Counted from the first letter of the stretch, positions 9,204 to 19,206 are shown. The stretch is 64,000 bases of DNA from Candidatus Thorarchaeota archaeon (GCA_048882045.1 JBHLRZ010000009.1:32384-96383); one strand, 5' to 3'. Notes: a model not told the origin generated them from the letters alone. Numbers and translations: made by a program.

Positions 9204-10256
9204 TCAGTATCTTGATTCTTTGTCAGTACGTATGATTTTGAGAGTTTTCCCTCGATAGGGAAGTATGGTTTGCAACGCTTCGAAATAGGGTATGCCAACC
9301 TCAGTCGCAATCTCCTGTAATGTACGTTTTCCATTACAGAGTTCGATAACAGCTCTATGCTGTTTCTTGACCTTGTCAATTTTGCCTTGAAACAGTGGCA
9401 ACTCGATTATCTCCTTCTGGGAAGGTTCCTGAACTTCAGGACATTCAACAGATACAATATCGCGTGAAACACACCAAGAAACAATCGCAATGATTTTATC
9501 TACAGGACGAGATAGATGTTCAGCAATCCTATAGACAGTCCTTTTCTCATCTACTAAAAGAAGGACGTCAATACCGACATTCGAAAATTCCTTCTTTATT
9601 CGAGTATTCAAGTTTGTGTCAAGAGACATTGTTTCGCTGTACCTTCCAGCTCTAAAGACAACACAGCCATGTTGGACAACAACTTCCTTTTCTTCGTCCT
9701 TAACTTCCTCAACTGGTTCAAGAGTAGGTTCTGGTTGCGGTTCTTCGACTGCTTCGGGTACTTCAACCATTGGGACAAGCTCCGACTCTTCAGCCGATGA
9801 TGCTTGATGCGTTTCTGCTGGGTTTTCAAATACGGCTTCCATTGAGATAGGTTCAGGAAAAGATGCTTCAACATCTTCTTCGAATCTTGGTGGGGGAGGA
9901 AGGTCTACTTGGACTAGCAAGTCAACGACTGCTTTGGTTCGTGATAATGCACCTCCAAGTTGGAAGTCGGGTTCAAAGAGCACAGCAAGGACCCATAATG
10001 GGTTCACTCTCGCGAGAATAACGATTCCTTTGTCAGTCATTATATTAACTAGTTTCAAATCAGAACCGTGTATCTTCAAGGTTCCTTTGATCTGAGGGAG
10101 AACTGCATCAGGCAAAGAAAATGACAAGAAAGGATGTCCGTCAGCAGTTATGAGGGCGTATCCATTTACTGACTCATCGAATTTCAATTTAGTCAGGACA
10201 CGCTCTAGCTGCAATTCATACACCTTATCAAACGATGCAAGTATTAGTAAAACCAC
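9204..10256 (-). CDS. Roadblock/LC7-like domain + Pro/Glu linker + two winged-helix repeats (true start may lie ~40 nt downstream)
   Basis: LERVLTKLKFDESVNGYALITADGHP; LVDEKRTVYRIA and LCNGKRTLQEIA; paralog of 6361-7383. Confidence 0.65.
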   Translation of the reverse strand: MVLLILASFDKVYELQLERVLTKLKFDESVNGYALITADGHPFLSFSLPDAVLPQIKGTLKIHGSDLKLVNIMTDKGIVILARVNPLWVLAVLFEPDFQLGGALSRTKAVVDLLVQVDLPPPPRFEEDVEASFPEPISMEAVFENPAETHQASSAEESELVPMVEVPEAVEEPQPEPTLEPVEEVKDEEKEVVVQHGCVVFRAGRYSETMSLDTNLNTRIKKEFSNVGIDVLLLVDEKRTVYRIAEHLSRPVDKIIAIVSWCVSRDIVSVECPEVQEPSQKEIIELPLFQGKIDKVKKQHRAVIELCNGKRTLQEIATEVGIPYFEALQTILPYRGKTLKIIRTDKESRY

Positions 10257-10261
10257 GGTAT

Positions 10262-11359
10262 TTACGGTTTAAGTAACTTTGTGCCATCTCCTGACAGACG
10301 AGGATTGCTCTCTAAGAACTTCACGATTTCTGTAAGGGACGGGTGGCGGGCATTTGCAGAAGAAACGTAGAGTGCAGCCATTGCATTGGCAAGTGTGAGA
10401 CGATCTACAGGTTTTAGGTCAAGAAGTGTCCCATAGATAGTACCTGCATTCCAAGCATCACCAGCTCCACATACCACTCGACTCTCAACCTCAAATACAG
10501 GAATAGAGGTTGTTGTTTCTTCATGGATAGTTGCAGTATAGAATGGAGTATGGAAATCGATTTGAACACCCGTTTCTTTGGAAACAAATTCAGCAGCTTT
10601 CAGCCACTGCATTGGTTGAGTCTGAATATCTTTCCAGTGTCCTCTACCTCCTGCGAGACTTTCAGCCACCCATCTGACTTCATTCTCATTGAGTCCAAAA
10701 ATATCAACCAAGCCCACAGACATGACTTGCTCTACGAGATTTCTAACGAGGTCAGGATTTCCAGAAGGATCGCCCATGTCCATGAAGGTTATTGCATCTG
10801 AGGACTCCTTTACAAACTTGAACAGGTCGTGAGCTAGTTCAGAACCCTTCAAATTGTGATTCAGATTAACAAGTGCAACAAAGCTGCATCCTCTGATTGC
10901 TTTGATGTCTGAGTCAGTGAGATCTGTGAATGTGAATTCTCGTGCAGAGCCACTGTCACTGATCATAAGATTGACCTTTCTTCCCTTGTATTCGGTTTCA
11001 ATTGAAACTGTGGAAGACATGCGACCTTTCGTCTGGACATGATCATAATCTAAGTCCGGACTTGTCAGAGCGCGAAGTAGTGCTTTACCGTGTTCATCAG
11101 TTGTAACAATGAGTTTAGGCTTCAGACCGAGGGAGTTAAGGGCTGATGCAGTATTCACTGCATTTCCACCCCTTCGGATGAACTGTTCATTCTCGAGGAG
11201 GTTGCCTCCACCCTGAATAGCAAGTCTTTCCAGACCTTCAATCAACTTGTCCAGGGAGTCAATCAACACAAAATGGTCTACGAAGAAGTCTGGTAGGATA
11301 ACTGGATAACCAACTATCTTCGATTTTTTCAGAATTGAGATGAGTGGAGTGTAGTCCAA
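10262..11359 (-). CDS. PfkB-family carbohydrate kinase
   Basis: GGNAVNTA, NENE, CGAGDAWNAG. Confidence 0.88.
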   Translation of the reverse strand: MDYTPLISILKKSKIVGYPVILPDFFVDHFVLIDSLDKLIEGLERLAIQGGGNLLENEQFIRRGGNAVNTASALNSLGLKPKLIVTTDEHGKALLRALTSPDLDYDHVQTKGRMSSTVSIETEYKGRKVNLMISDSGSAREFTFTDLTDSDIKAIRGCSFVALVNLNHNLKGSELAHDLFKFVKESSDAITFMDMGDPSGNPDLVRNLVEQVMSVGLVDIFGLNENEVRWVAESLAGGRGHWKDIQTQPMQWLKAAEFVSKETGVQIDFHTPFYTATIHEETTTSIPVFEVESRVVCGAGDAWNAGTIYGTLLDLKPVDRLTLANAMAALYVSSANARHPSLTEIVKFLESNPRLSGDGTKLLKP

Positions 11360-11393
11360 CTCGTCCGGCTCCCAAGCATAGAAAGGTTCTGCT

Positions 11394-11840
11394 CTAGACC
11401 TTCTTCAGAGCCGCCTTAACCATTGCAGTTATTCGCTCTTCATCTATACCAGTCTTCTTTGCGACCTTCGGAATGTCGCAATATGCCAAATCGGAAAATG
11501 AGAGAATACCTGCATCAACGAGGAGTTTGGCTTCGTCAACCTTCACACCTCGAAGGCTAGCGAGGTTCTTAGCAATCTTGGCCGCATCCTTCTTGGGAGC
11601 GGTTTCCTCAGCTAGCTTGGCAACCAGTTTTTCGAGGTCTTTCATATACTGATTTAGAGCTTCGACATTCTCTGGATGCACTGTCTTTCTTCGAAGATCA
11701 ACTATCAGGCCCATCTTTCGAGCATCATCTATAGTGAGACCTACTTGCTTCGTTTCCTCAACACTAAAACCTCGACCCCTTTTAGGCCGACCATCATTTG
11801 GCGATTTCACCATAGGTTCTGCGATAATGTCGTAACTCAT
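11394..11840 (-). CDS. rpl13e: Ribosomal protein L13e with C-terminal helix-hairpin-helix extension
   Basis: RGRGFSVEE...ARKMGLIVDLRRKTVHPENV; tail LRGVKVDEAKLLVDAGI...VAKKTGIDEER. Confidence 0.85.
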   Translation of the reverse strand: MSYDIIAEPMVKSPNDGRPKRGRGFSVEETKQVGLTIDDARKMGLIVDLRRKTVHPENVEALNQYMKDLEKLVAKLAEETAPKKDAAKIAKNLASLRGVKVDEAKLLVDAGILSFSDLAYCDIPKVAKKTGIDEERITAMVKAALKKV

Positions 11841-11965
11841 CGGTCATACACCTGACTCGGCATCGTGCCTTAGGTCCGCTTATTAGGCTTTCGAGATGGT
11901 AGTGGTCTGTACATTTCACTGGAGCAACATCTGCCATACTAATCGAATAATCGAGATACAGGGAT

Positions 11966-12439
11966 TCAATACAAAATGGTTACGCTGGACACTCCAAATG
12001 CAAAAAACATCACCACCAGCCACAGGACCAAAAGCAGAGCCCAATTCGAAAGAGAGGTATAGAGTCCTGAGGATTCAGGTAATCGGAGATCAAGATACAT
12101 TAATGCTATGGGAGGACTAATGATGACAAAAAACCAAATCGGATTGTTGAGGATGAGTATACTCGACAAAATCAGAGGCATTCCTCCATAGATTATCCCA
12201 ATAATGTAGATTGTAGCATCAATAACGAGAAATACAAAATAGAGACCAAGCACAACCCTTCCTGCCTTGAGAGCGCCTATATTTGAGCTATTCCGATTCC
12301 AAGTAATTCCGAGGAATGAAAGGATAAGAATCACATGAAGTAATAGAGTGATAGCCAAGAGGAATTCAATAGATGTCTGTGAAAGCTGTAGGAGAGAAAA
12401 CAGAATACTAGCATTTGACAGATCAAGCATTATTGTCAT
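11966..12439 (-). CDS. Hypothetical membrane protein
   Basis: 157-aa ORF with about 4 hydrophobic segments. Confidence 0.55.
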   Translation of the reverse strand: MTIMLDLSNASILFSLLQLSQTSIEFLLAITLLLHVILILSFLGITWNRNSSNIGALKAGRVVLGLYFVFLVIDATIYIIGIIYGGMPLILSSILILNNPIWFFVIISPPIALMYLDLRLPESSGLYTSLSNWALLLVLWLVVMFFAFGVSSVTILY

Positions 12440-12592
12440 CCAAGGTTTATTCTATTCAACCACTTATCTATTCTTGGACAGGAGGGAGTTGTCTAACAAT
12501 TCCATCTAGGTTCTCGTTTAATCAATCCTCAGGTTTCTGTTTATTCAGCCTTCGAGGATTATTAACTCTAATCGTTATAGATAGCAGATCTC

Positions 12593-13312
12593 CTATACAC
12601 GCCGCTTGATAACATACATGATGAGAACAACAATGACAACACTCCCACCCGCCGCCATTATGAGTATGCTCATTGAAGGGGCAGGACTACTTTCTGATGG
12701 TACTAATGTTGAAGTTGTTGTATCTGAGGAAGTCGTTGTCGTCGTCATTACTGGCGTTGAAGAGGTGAGTATGATATCAAGGCCATAAAGAGCGACACTA
12801 TCTGCGTATTCGTGCATATGATAATGTTGAACAACACCATCAGACTTTCGGAATTGGACTTCCTTGTGTTCTCCATTCCCTAGAACTATGTCATAATACT
12901 CATAGGCAAAAAGGGTCTCGTTATTCAAGAATCCTGCATCTTTGGGAAATGCATCAATGAGTTGGGTCCAATCACCTACAGGTAGAAGATTGAAACCGAA
13001 GGGCTCCCCTACATCAGAAGGTTCGAATCCAATACCAGTTTTCCAGAATAAAGATACATTGAATCCCGTTTCAGCCAGTGTCCAAACATCAGCTGGGTCA
13101 ATGTTTGATGGGATTTCAGACAATTCTTCTATAATGACATAGAAATTCTGTTGAAACAAGACCGTCTTCGATTCGTCTTCAACACTCCAGCTATAGTCAT
13201 ATCGGTTTCCCACTTGGATAACCCATTCATAGTCCGTTGAAGCAGATGTGAATGTAGGACTACCAAGTATCAGGAAGCTGAGAAGAAACAAGAGAATCAA
13301 TGGTTTTCTCAC
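12593..13312 (-). CDS. Secreted surface protein with C-terminal membrane anchor
   Basis: Signal peptide, Thr/Ser-rich linker, TM segment, KRR tail. Confidence 0.75.
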   Translation of the reverse strand: MRKPLILLFLLSFLILGSPTFTSASTDYEWVIQVGNRYDYSWSVEDESKTVLFQQNFYVIIEELSEIPSNIDPADVWTLAETGFNVSLFWKTGIGFEPSDVGEPFGFNLLPVGDWTQLIDAFPKDAGFLNNETLFAYEYYDIVLGNGEHKEVQFRKSDGVVQHYHMHEYADSVALYGLDIILTSSTPVMTTTTTSSDTTTSTLVPSESSPAPSMSILIMAAGGSVVIVVLIMYVIKRRV

Positions 13313-13469
13313 TTACTCGCACTCTCCTTGTAGTTTTAACTATAGTGAATTTGTTAATTAATTCTCGGTTGTGACAGTAATATGTTGTTCGAATGTAGGA
13401 TCCAAAATCACGAGTCTTGCGGAACACCTAGACTCACCTAGCAATCAAGTGTTTTCAAGGAATCTTGAT

Positions 13470-13595
13470 TTATTTGCTCAACAATATACTCCTATGAAAC
13501 GCTCCACAATCACATTCGACACAGCTGTCTTTGAAATCCTCGTGATCATCACGTACATGACCACAAGTACATTGGTCAAGGTTTCTTATACTCAT
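13470..13595 (-). CDS. Small Cys/His Zn-finger microprotein (41 aa, not in ORF track)
   Basis: MSIRNLDQCTCGHVRDDHEDFKDSCVECDCGAFHRSILLSK; its ATG overlaps the upstream ORF's TGA (ATGA). Confidence 0.6.
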   Translation of the reverse strand: MSIRNLDQCTCGHVRDDHEDFKDSCVECDCGAFHRSILLSK

Positions 13596-13738
13596 CTTAT
13601 CACCTCTTCTTCTGATTTTTCTGACAACCTTTCACGCATTATTTCCTGTGCCATCTTTAGCATTCGATGAGGCGCATATCCATTCCTTACCCTTGCTCTA
13701 TTGTATAGAATCTTCGAATTGATCTTCATTTCTTCCAT
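13592..13738 (-). CDS. Small hypothetical protein (start probably ATG 13738)
   Basis: MEEMKINSK...EEVIR; translationally coupled to the Zn-finger ORF. Confidence 0.35.
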   Translation of the reverse strand: MEEMKINSKILYNRARVRNGYAPHRMLKMAQEIMRERLSEKSEEEVIR

Positions 13739-13933
13739 TTTGATATCCTGCTGATGAGTATAATTTGGTCTAATGACTAAATACGAGATGTGCAAAAACA
13801 GATGTTTCAAATACCAGACAATAGGGTCTGTTCTATACAGTTTTCACTGACCTGTTTCTATCTCTCTCACTTTCTGCAATCTCGAAAAGTCATGTATGCT
13901 AATAAGTCTGAGGTATTACGAAATTTAGACACA

Positions 13934-14761
13934 TTAGAAGAAAGAATCTAGGGTTGATTGCTTTGTTTCTGATGCTCTCAGCATTCGGTCAAGTTTTACT
14001 TGTTGTTTGGGATTAATCTGTTTCATCAATGAAAGCATTTGAAATGCATTCAACGGAGCGTTTCCAGCAAAGTGATTGTTGAAGTAACCGAAAGTCGTTG
14101 GAACTGCGTTCGTCACCTGTTCCAAACGAGGGACCCAAGGCTTTAGCTCATCAAGTGAGTATCTGTAGTTGAACCATGGGTCTTCTCCATGTCCATGCCA
14201 GCGAATATAGGAAAAATCAGTTGTAACTCTTAGATCAATAGGAAGTTTAGGCTCATCAACTATAACATGAGCAATACCATAGTCTTCAATCAATGACCAG
14301 ACCCTCGGAACCAACCAAGACTCGTTTCGAAACTCAATCGCGTATCGAAAGGACGAATCTAGAGCAGAGAAGAAGTTTTCCAATTCACCGAACTTGGAGA
14401 GTTCCCATGGGGGTAATTGAATCAACAGAACTTGAACACGACCGTGAAGTGGTTCGAGAAGACTGAAGAATTCGTTGAGTATGTTTCTGCCTTTCCCATC
14501 CTTCATTCTGAGATCAAGACGTGTATCGTGTGTGACAGCCTTCGGAAGTTTGGCAGTGAAGAAGACATTATCATCTAATGACGACAAGTGCTTCACAAAG
14601 TTCTTTGTGGGGAGTGCATAGAATGTGGAGTTTATCTCTGAAGTGTAAAAATACTTCAGATACTGCTTAAGCAGGGACCCTCCACTAGAATAGAAGACTC
14701 CGCGCCAGTCCTTGTCATAAGACCATCCACTCGTCCCGATATGTAGTCCTTTCTTCATCAA
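13934..14761 (-). CDS. DUF72 (YecE) family protein
   Basis: IGTSGWSY, EINSTFY, LLIQLPP, AIEFRNESW, YIRWHG, YFNN. Confidence 0.9.
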   Translation of the reverse strand: MMKKGLHIGTSGWSYDKDWRGVFYSSGGSLLKQYLKYFYTSEINSTFYALPTKNFVKHLSSLDDNVFFTAKLPKAVTHDTRLDLRMKDGKGRNILNEFFSLLEPLHGRVQVLLIQLPPWELSKFGELENFFSALDSSFRYAIEFRNESWLVPRVWSLIEDYGIAHVIVDEPKLPIDLRVTTDFSYIRWHGHGEDPWFNYRYSLDELKPWVPRLEQVTNAVPTTFGYFNNHFAGNAPLNAFQMLSLMKQINPKQQVKLDRMLRASETKQSTLDSFF

Positions 14762-14855
14762 TCTCAGTATTCAGTTAGGTTTCAATTACTATTTGTCTTC
14801 CGGCCTATTATCAAGATAATGAAATTCATAAGAAGGATAGTCGAACCATTACTGT

Positions 14856-15173
14856 GTGAAACCGATGATTGCTGAGAATGTGAAAGTGGAGTTTAGTAAC
14901 CTTGAGATCCATATGGGTGATTTCAGTGACCGCAAGTTCAAGATTAAATGTGTCGTATCCTACAAAGATCAGCTTCTCATCATGGATGGCGGGAAGAGAG
15001 TCGCCACTATGCATGCTCGCAATATCGGGAAAGTTGACCTTGAGAAGAAAGCGATCAGGATTGCAGCTATGAATTTTGAAATCAAAGAAGGCGAGGAAGT
15101 AAACGTAGCCAGTGGTTCAATAAGATTGGAGTTAGAGGATGCAGAAGCTTGGTATAAAGAACTCTGGGAGTGA
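14856..15173 (+). CDS. Hypothetical protein, possibly PH-like fold
   Basis: Beta-strand-rich 105-aa protein ending in the helix EDAEAWYKEL. Confidence 0.55.
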   Translation: MKPMIAENVKVEFSNLEIHMGDFSDRKFKIKCVVSYKDQLLIMDGGKRVATMHARNIGKVDLEKKAIRIAAMNFEIKEGEEVNVASGSIRLELEDAEAWYKELWE

Positions 15174-15235
15174 ACCAAGACCTTTAAACGATACAAGCTC
15201 CGAGCCAAAGAAGCGGAAGCATTGGTGATGAGACG

Positions 15236-16537
15236 ATGTCAGAAAGAATTGAGTTCCTTGAACTGAGGTTTCCTGACTTACTTGGTAGAATGAAGTCAAT
15301 GATTGTTCCGATAGAGCCGGTAGAAACCCTTGCTGAAGTTGCAAAAGATGTAGCTCTCAAGAGAGGTACTAGTTGTGACGGAAGTTCTGTTACCGGTTTG
15401 GCCAATGTTCAAGCATCTGATCTGAGGCTTGACCCGGACCCAGAGTCATTGATTGAACTTCCATTCGTAGCACACCGTACAGCTGCTGCAATGTGTTTTG
15501 TCAGAAAGAAAGCTTCCAAAGGGAAGGAGTTCTATCCTCTAGACACTAGAGGTCTCCTGCACAAGACCATTGAAGAACTACTTCCCGGAAAGATGCAGCT
15601 CAAGGTCAAGGTTGAACCTGAATTCCATCTCATCACATCAGATGGTGAGCCATTTGACGAAGCGGGATATGCTGACACATATCCAAAAAGCCCTGGGATG
15701 GATATTCTTCTAGACATTTCATCGGCATTACGCACCTTGGGTATTAAACCACGAGTGATACACCATGAAGTAGGAGAGGCACAACAAGAGGTTGAATTGG
15801 AATATGCGGATGCATTGAAGATGGCTGACAACATCCTAATCTTCAAGAACCTCGCAAGATCAATTTCTCAGAATCAGGAAGTAGATGTAACCTTCATGCC
15901 AAAACCGTTTGAGAATCAAGCTGGAAATGGCCTTCACTGTCACCTTCAACTCTGGGATGGAAACAAGAACCTGTTTGGAGTAGAGGATACTTCTGAACTC
16001 TCTGACACAGCAAAGATGTTTGTAGCAGGCTTGATTGAACATTCTCCAGCAATTACTGCCTTTGCAAATCCGACAATCAATTCATACAAGCGCTTGGTTC
16101 CACACCATGAAGCACCTGTGTACATCACCTGGGGTATAATGAACAGAACAGCTTTGATTAGAGTGCCAATGTTTAATTCAGGTGAAAGCGCTGCAATTGA
16201 GTTTCGGTCACCTGATCCCATGGCCAATCCCTATCTTCTCTTTACCGCCATTATCGCTGCAGGTATGGATGGTATCAAACGAGAGCTAACACCTCCAGAA
16301 CCTCGTAGTGAGGATATCTTCCACATGACTGATGAGGAGAGGAATAAGATTGGAATTCGAATTCTCCCAACTGCACTTGATGAAGCTCTTGAATCTCTTG
16401 TGAATGATGAAGTAATCAGTAGGGTGGTAGGTCCGGAATTAATGAGTTCCTACATCAGTTTGAAAAAGGAAGAGTGGCGCATCTACACAAGTCAGATAGT
16501 CACTGATTGGGAATGGGAGATGTACGAGTATCACTAG
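15236..16537 (+). CDS. glnA: Glutamine synthetase family protein (GSI-like)
   Basis: DGSSV, EPEF, HHEV, TFMPKP, GNGLHCH, NSYKRL, NRTALIRVP, EFRSPD.ANPYL. Confidence 0.85.
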   Translation: MSERIEFLELRFPDLLGRMKSMIVPIEPVETLAEVAKDVALKRGTSCDGSSVTGLANVQASDLRLDPDPESLIELPFVAHRTAAAMCFVRKKASKGKEFYPLDTRGLLHKTIEELLPGKMQLKVKVEPEFHLITSDGEPFDEAGYADTYPKSPGMDILLDISSALRTLGIKPRVIHHEVGEAQQEVELEYADALKMADNILIFKNLARSISQNQEVDVTFMPKPFENQAGNGLHCHLQLWDGNKNLFGVEDTSELSDTAKMFVAGLIEHSPAITAFANPTINSYKRLVPHHEAPVYITWGIMNRTALIRVPMFNSGESAAIEFRSPDPMANPYLLFTAIIAAGMDGIKRELTPPEPRSEDIFHMTDEERNKIGIRILPTALDEALESLVNDEVISRVVGPELMSSYISLKKEEWRIYTSQIVTDWEWEMYEYH

Positions 16538-17691
16538 GCATGGTTGAAAAATCTTGATAATCTGTCGAACGCTTCATCCACCGCTTCAGGAGTCAATGGA
16601 CCTATCGAGATTCTGACATGACCTTCGCCAGAACTACCAAAGATTACTCCTGGCAGAAGTAGCGTTCCTGTTGACTGCAATATATCCATCACAAGTTTTC
16701 TTGAATCGGAAAACCCCTTCACTCGTGGGAACATGTAGAAAGTTCCCTTTGTATGAATTGGTTCAAACACATCTATTTCTCGCATCCTTAGGTAGGCTAA
16801 GTTTCTAAGAAGGTTAAGTCGTCCAAGCTCCTTGTCCACTTCGTCGAGACCCTCCTTGAGGATTTCAAGGGCAAGTAGTTGTCCGGCTGTAGGTGCACAA
16901 ATTGAAACGGTATCTTGGACCTTGAGGAATTCATTGGTGAAATTAGGAGACCCAATTATGAAGCCGACTCGCCATCCACTCATACCGAAGTCCTTGGAGA
17001 AGCTTCCGAGTGTCAGAACATGTTCACCTGCATCTCGTCGCGATCGTGGACTGTAGTGCTCTGCTCCCTCGAAGACCATTCGTGAGTATGTTTCATCTGA
17101 GATGAGAAAGATATCATGCTGTAAACACAGGTCTACGATATCATCAATGACCTTCCTACCATAGACTGCACCTGTGGGATTGTTGGGAGATATCAAGGAG
17201 ATGGCTCGAGTCCTGTCATTGATTGCAGACGCAATGTTGTCGACCTGTGGTTGAAAATCAGAATCAACGGGGACTTCAATTGCCTCTCCGCTAGCCAACT
17301 TGATGGCCATTATATTGTTGAAGTAGTAGGGACTTGGAACGATTACGTTCTCACCTGGTTCTATTAGAGTGAGAATGGCTCCAGTATAAGCATTGTTAGC
17401 ACCTGCGGTGATCACGACTTCATTCTGTGGATTCACATCAATTCCAGACTTCTGTCGAAGATAGAGCGCGAGTTCTTCACGCAGCTCCAATAGACCTTCA
17501 TCTGGAGTGTAGAGATGAGTAGCGGGATGAAACATTCTATCTCGCAACGAAGATAGAGCCGCTTCAGGGGGAATATGTCCTGGCAGTCCCTGTCCCAAGT
17601 TCAAGAAATCAGGCGATGAAATGAACTTCTTAGCCGCCTCTGTAAGCTTGACGATGGGGGGTGACTGTATATCATCAGTCCTGTACTTCAT
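16534..17691 (-). CDS. PLP-dependent aminotransferase class I/II
   Basis: SPNNPTG, DETY, SFSKDFGMSGWRVG. Confidence 0.92.
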   Translation of the reverse strand: MKYRTDDIQSPPIVKLTEAAKKFISSPDFLNLGQGLPGHIPPEAALSSLRDRMFHPATHLYTPDEGLLELREELALYLRQKSGIDVNPQNEVVITAGANNAYTGAILTLIEPGENVIVPSPYYFNNIMAIKLASGEAIEVPVDSDFQPQVDNIASAINDRTRAISLISPNNPTGAVYGRKVIDDIVDLCLQHDIFLISDETYSRMVFEGAEHYSPRSRRDAGEHVLTLGSFSKDFGMSGWRVGFIIGSPNFTNEFLKVQDTVSICAPTAGQLLALEILKEGLDEVDKELGRLNLLRNLAYLRMREIDVFEPIHTKGTFYMFPRVKGFSDSRKLVMDILQSTGTLLLPGVIFGSSGEGHVRISIGPLTPEAVDEAFDRLSRFFNHA

Positions 17692-17802
17692 GCACTACAC
17701 CAAGGTCCACGCTACTATCACTTCATACTGCTATGATATAACATTACCTTAAATCTGAGAGATTCAGTAATCATTATATCCTGTGCAGGAAGGCGCTAGC
17801 TT

Positions 17803-19206
17803 GTGCCAAGAATGGATAAAGTCGCTGAAGGAAGAAAGAGAGTTCAGAGGGTTGCTCTAATATCCGTTATAGCAGCAGCTTCACTTACAGTGATGAAGTT
17901 CATCATTGGCATTCTTACAAACTCTATTGGTATCATCTCTGAAGCACTTCACAGTGGACTTGATTTTGTGGCGGCAGGAATAACTCTTGTAGCAGTGAGA
18001 AGAGCTTCAAAAGCACCTGACTCAGATCATCAATATGGACATGGAAAAATCGAAAACTTTGCGGCACTATCTGAAACGATAATTCTTTGGATTACGTCTA
18101 TATGGATTATTTATGAGTCTTGGCGGAGAATCGAGCTTCAGGAGTGGCCGGAAGCCTCCATTTGGGGAATCTTTGTAATGTTCGTTGGAGTCATTGTTAC
18201 CTACCAGCAGAGTCGGATCCTCTACAAGACTGCTGACGAACATGGTAGTCAGGCACTCGAAGCGGACGCACTTCATTTTCGGACAGATATGATAAGCTCG
18301 AGTGTTGTTCTATTGGGTCTTGCATTTGTCTGGATTGATGTACCAATTGCTGATCCTCTAGCAGCCATTGGCGTGGCGATAATCATCTTTGTAGTTTCCT
18401 ACCGCCTCGGGAGAAGGACTTTCGATGCACTTACTGATGCAGCTCCTGAAGGAATGAAGGAAGAGATTATTCGTAGAGTTGAGGGAGTAAGTGGAGTTGT
18501 TGAGTGCACTAGAGCCCGTGTTAGACACTCCGGACCAGAACTCTTTGTCGATGTTGTGGTTTCTGTGGATGAAACTGTCAGAGTAACTGAAGCTCACGGT
18601 GTTACTGATCTGATTGAGAGAGCTCTTGTAGACTTGGCAAGTAGAGTTGATGTTGTCATTCATGTCGAACCCGCAGAGGGAGATGAATCTAAATTCTTGA
18701 AAATGGACATCTATAATCAAATGCAAGTTATTGCGCGAAGACTACCAGATGTGCACAGTGTTCATAATCTTCGTGTATTCTCAACTCATGATGGGATGGA
18801 AATAGCTGCTGACCTCGAGATGTCTACAGATTTAACTCTTGAAGAAGCGCATTTGGTTTCAGAACAATTTGAGCAGAGTCTCAAGAAGATTGTCCCACAA
18901 GTTAAAACTGTCACCTTGCATCTCGAAACAACAATCAAGGAGAGTCCCGCGATGGATATCACTCATGAATCATCTCATATCGTTGAATCGGTTGAAAACA
19001 TCATAGGAAGTATGTTTCACTCCACAACATGCAGAAACGTAGTCGTTCAAAAAGAAAAGGAAGACGTTGCGGTTCTTATTACTTGTACGATTCCTGGGGA
19101 AATGACACTCACTGAGAGTCACGAAATAGCAGAATCCTTGAAGAAGAGTATCCTCGAAACTGTTTCAGAAATCAACTCGGTTTTCATCCATTTTGAGCCA
19201 ATTTGA
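17803..19206 (+). CDS. Cation diffusion facilitator with three C-terminal ZT-dimer domains
   Basis: HSGLD, HQYGHGKIE, DALHFRTD; repeated EAH...IHVEP / LHLE / IHFEP. Confidence 0.9.
   Translation: MPRMDKVAEGRKRVQRVALISVIAAASLTVMKFIIGILTNSIGIISEALHSGLDFVAAGITLVAVRRASKAPDSDHQYGHGKIENFAALSETIILWITSIWIIYESWRRIELQEWPEASIWGIFVMFVGVIVTYQQSRILYKTADEHGSQALEADALHFRTDMISSSVVLLGLAFVWIDVPIADPLAAIGVAIIIFVVSYRLGRRTFDALTDAAPEGMKEEIIRRVEGVSGVVECTRARVRHSGPELFVDVVVSVDETVRVTEAHGVTDLIERALVDLASRVDVVIHVEPAEGDESKFLKMDIYNQMQVIARRLPDVHSVHNLRVFSTHDGMEIAADLEMSTDLTLEEAHLVSEQFEQSLKKIVPQVKTVTLHLETTIKESPAMDITHESSHIVESVENIIGSMFHSTTCRNVVVQKEKEDVAVLITCTIPGEMTLTESHEIAESLKKSILETVSEINSVFIHFEPI

Noticed and set aside
9188-9379. 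N-terminal extension of the 231-aa ORF
   Set aside because: It overlaps the upstream gene; a Shine-Dalgarno sequence and ATG at 9187 give a cleaner start.
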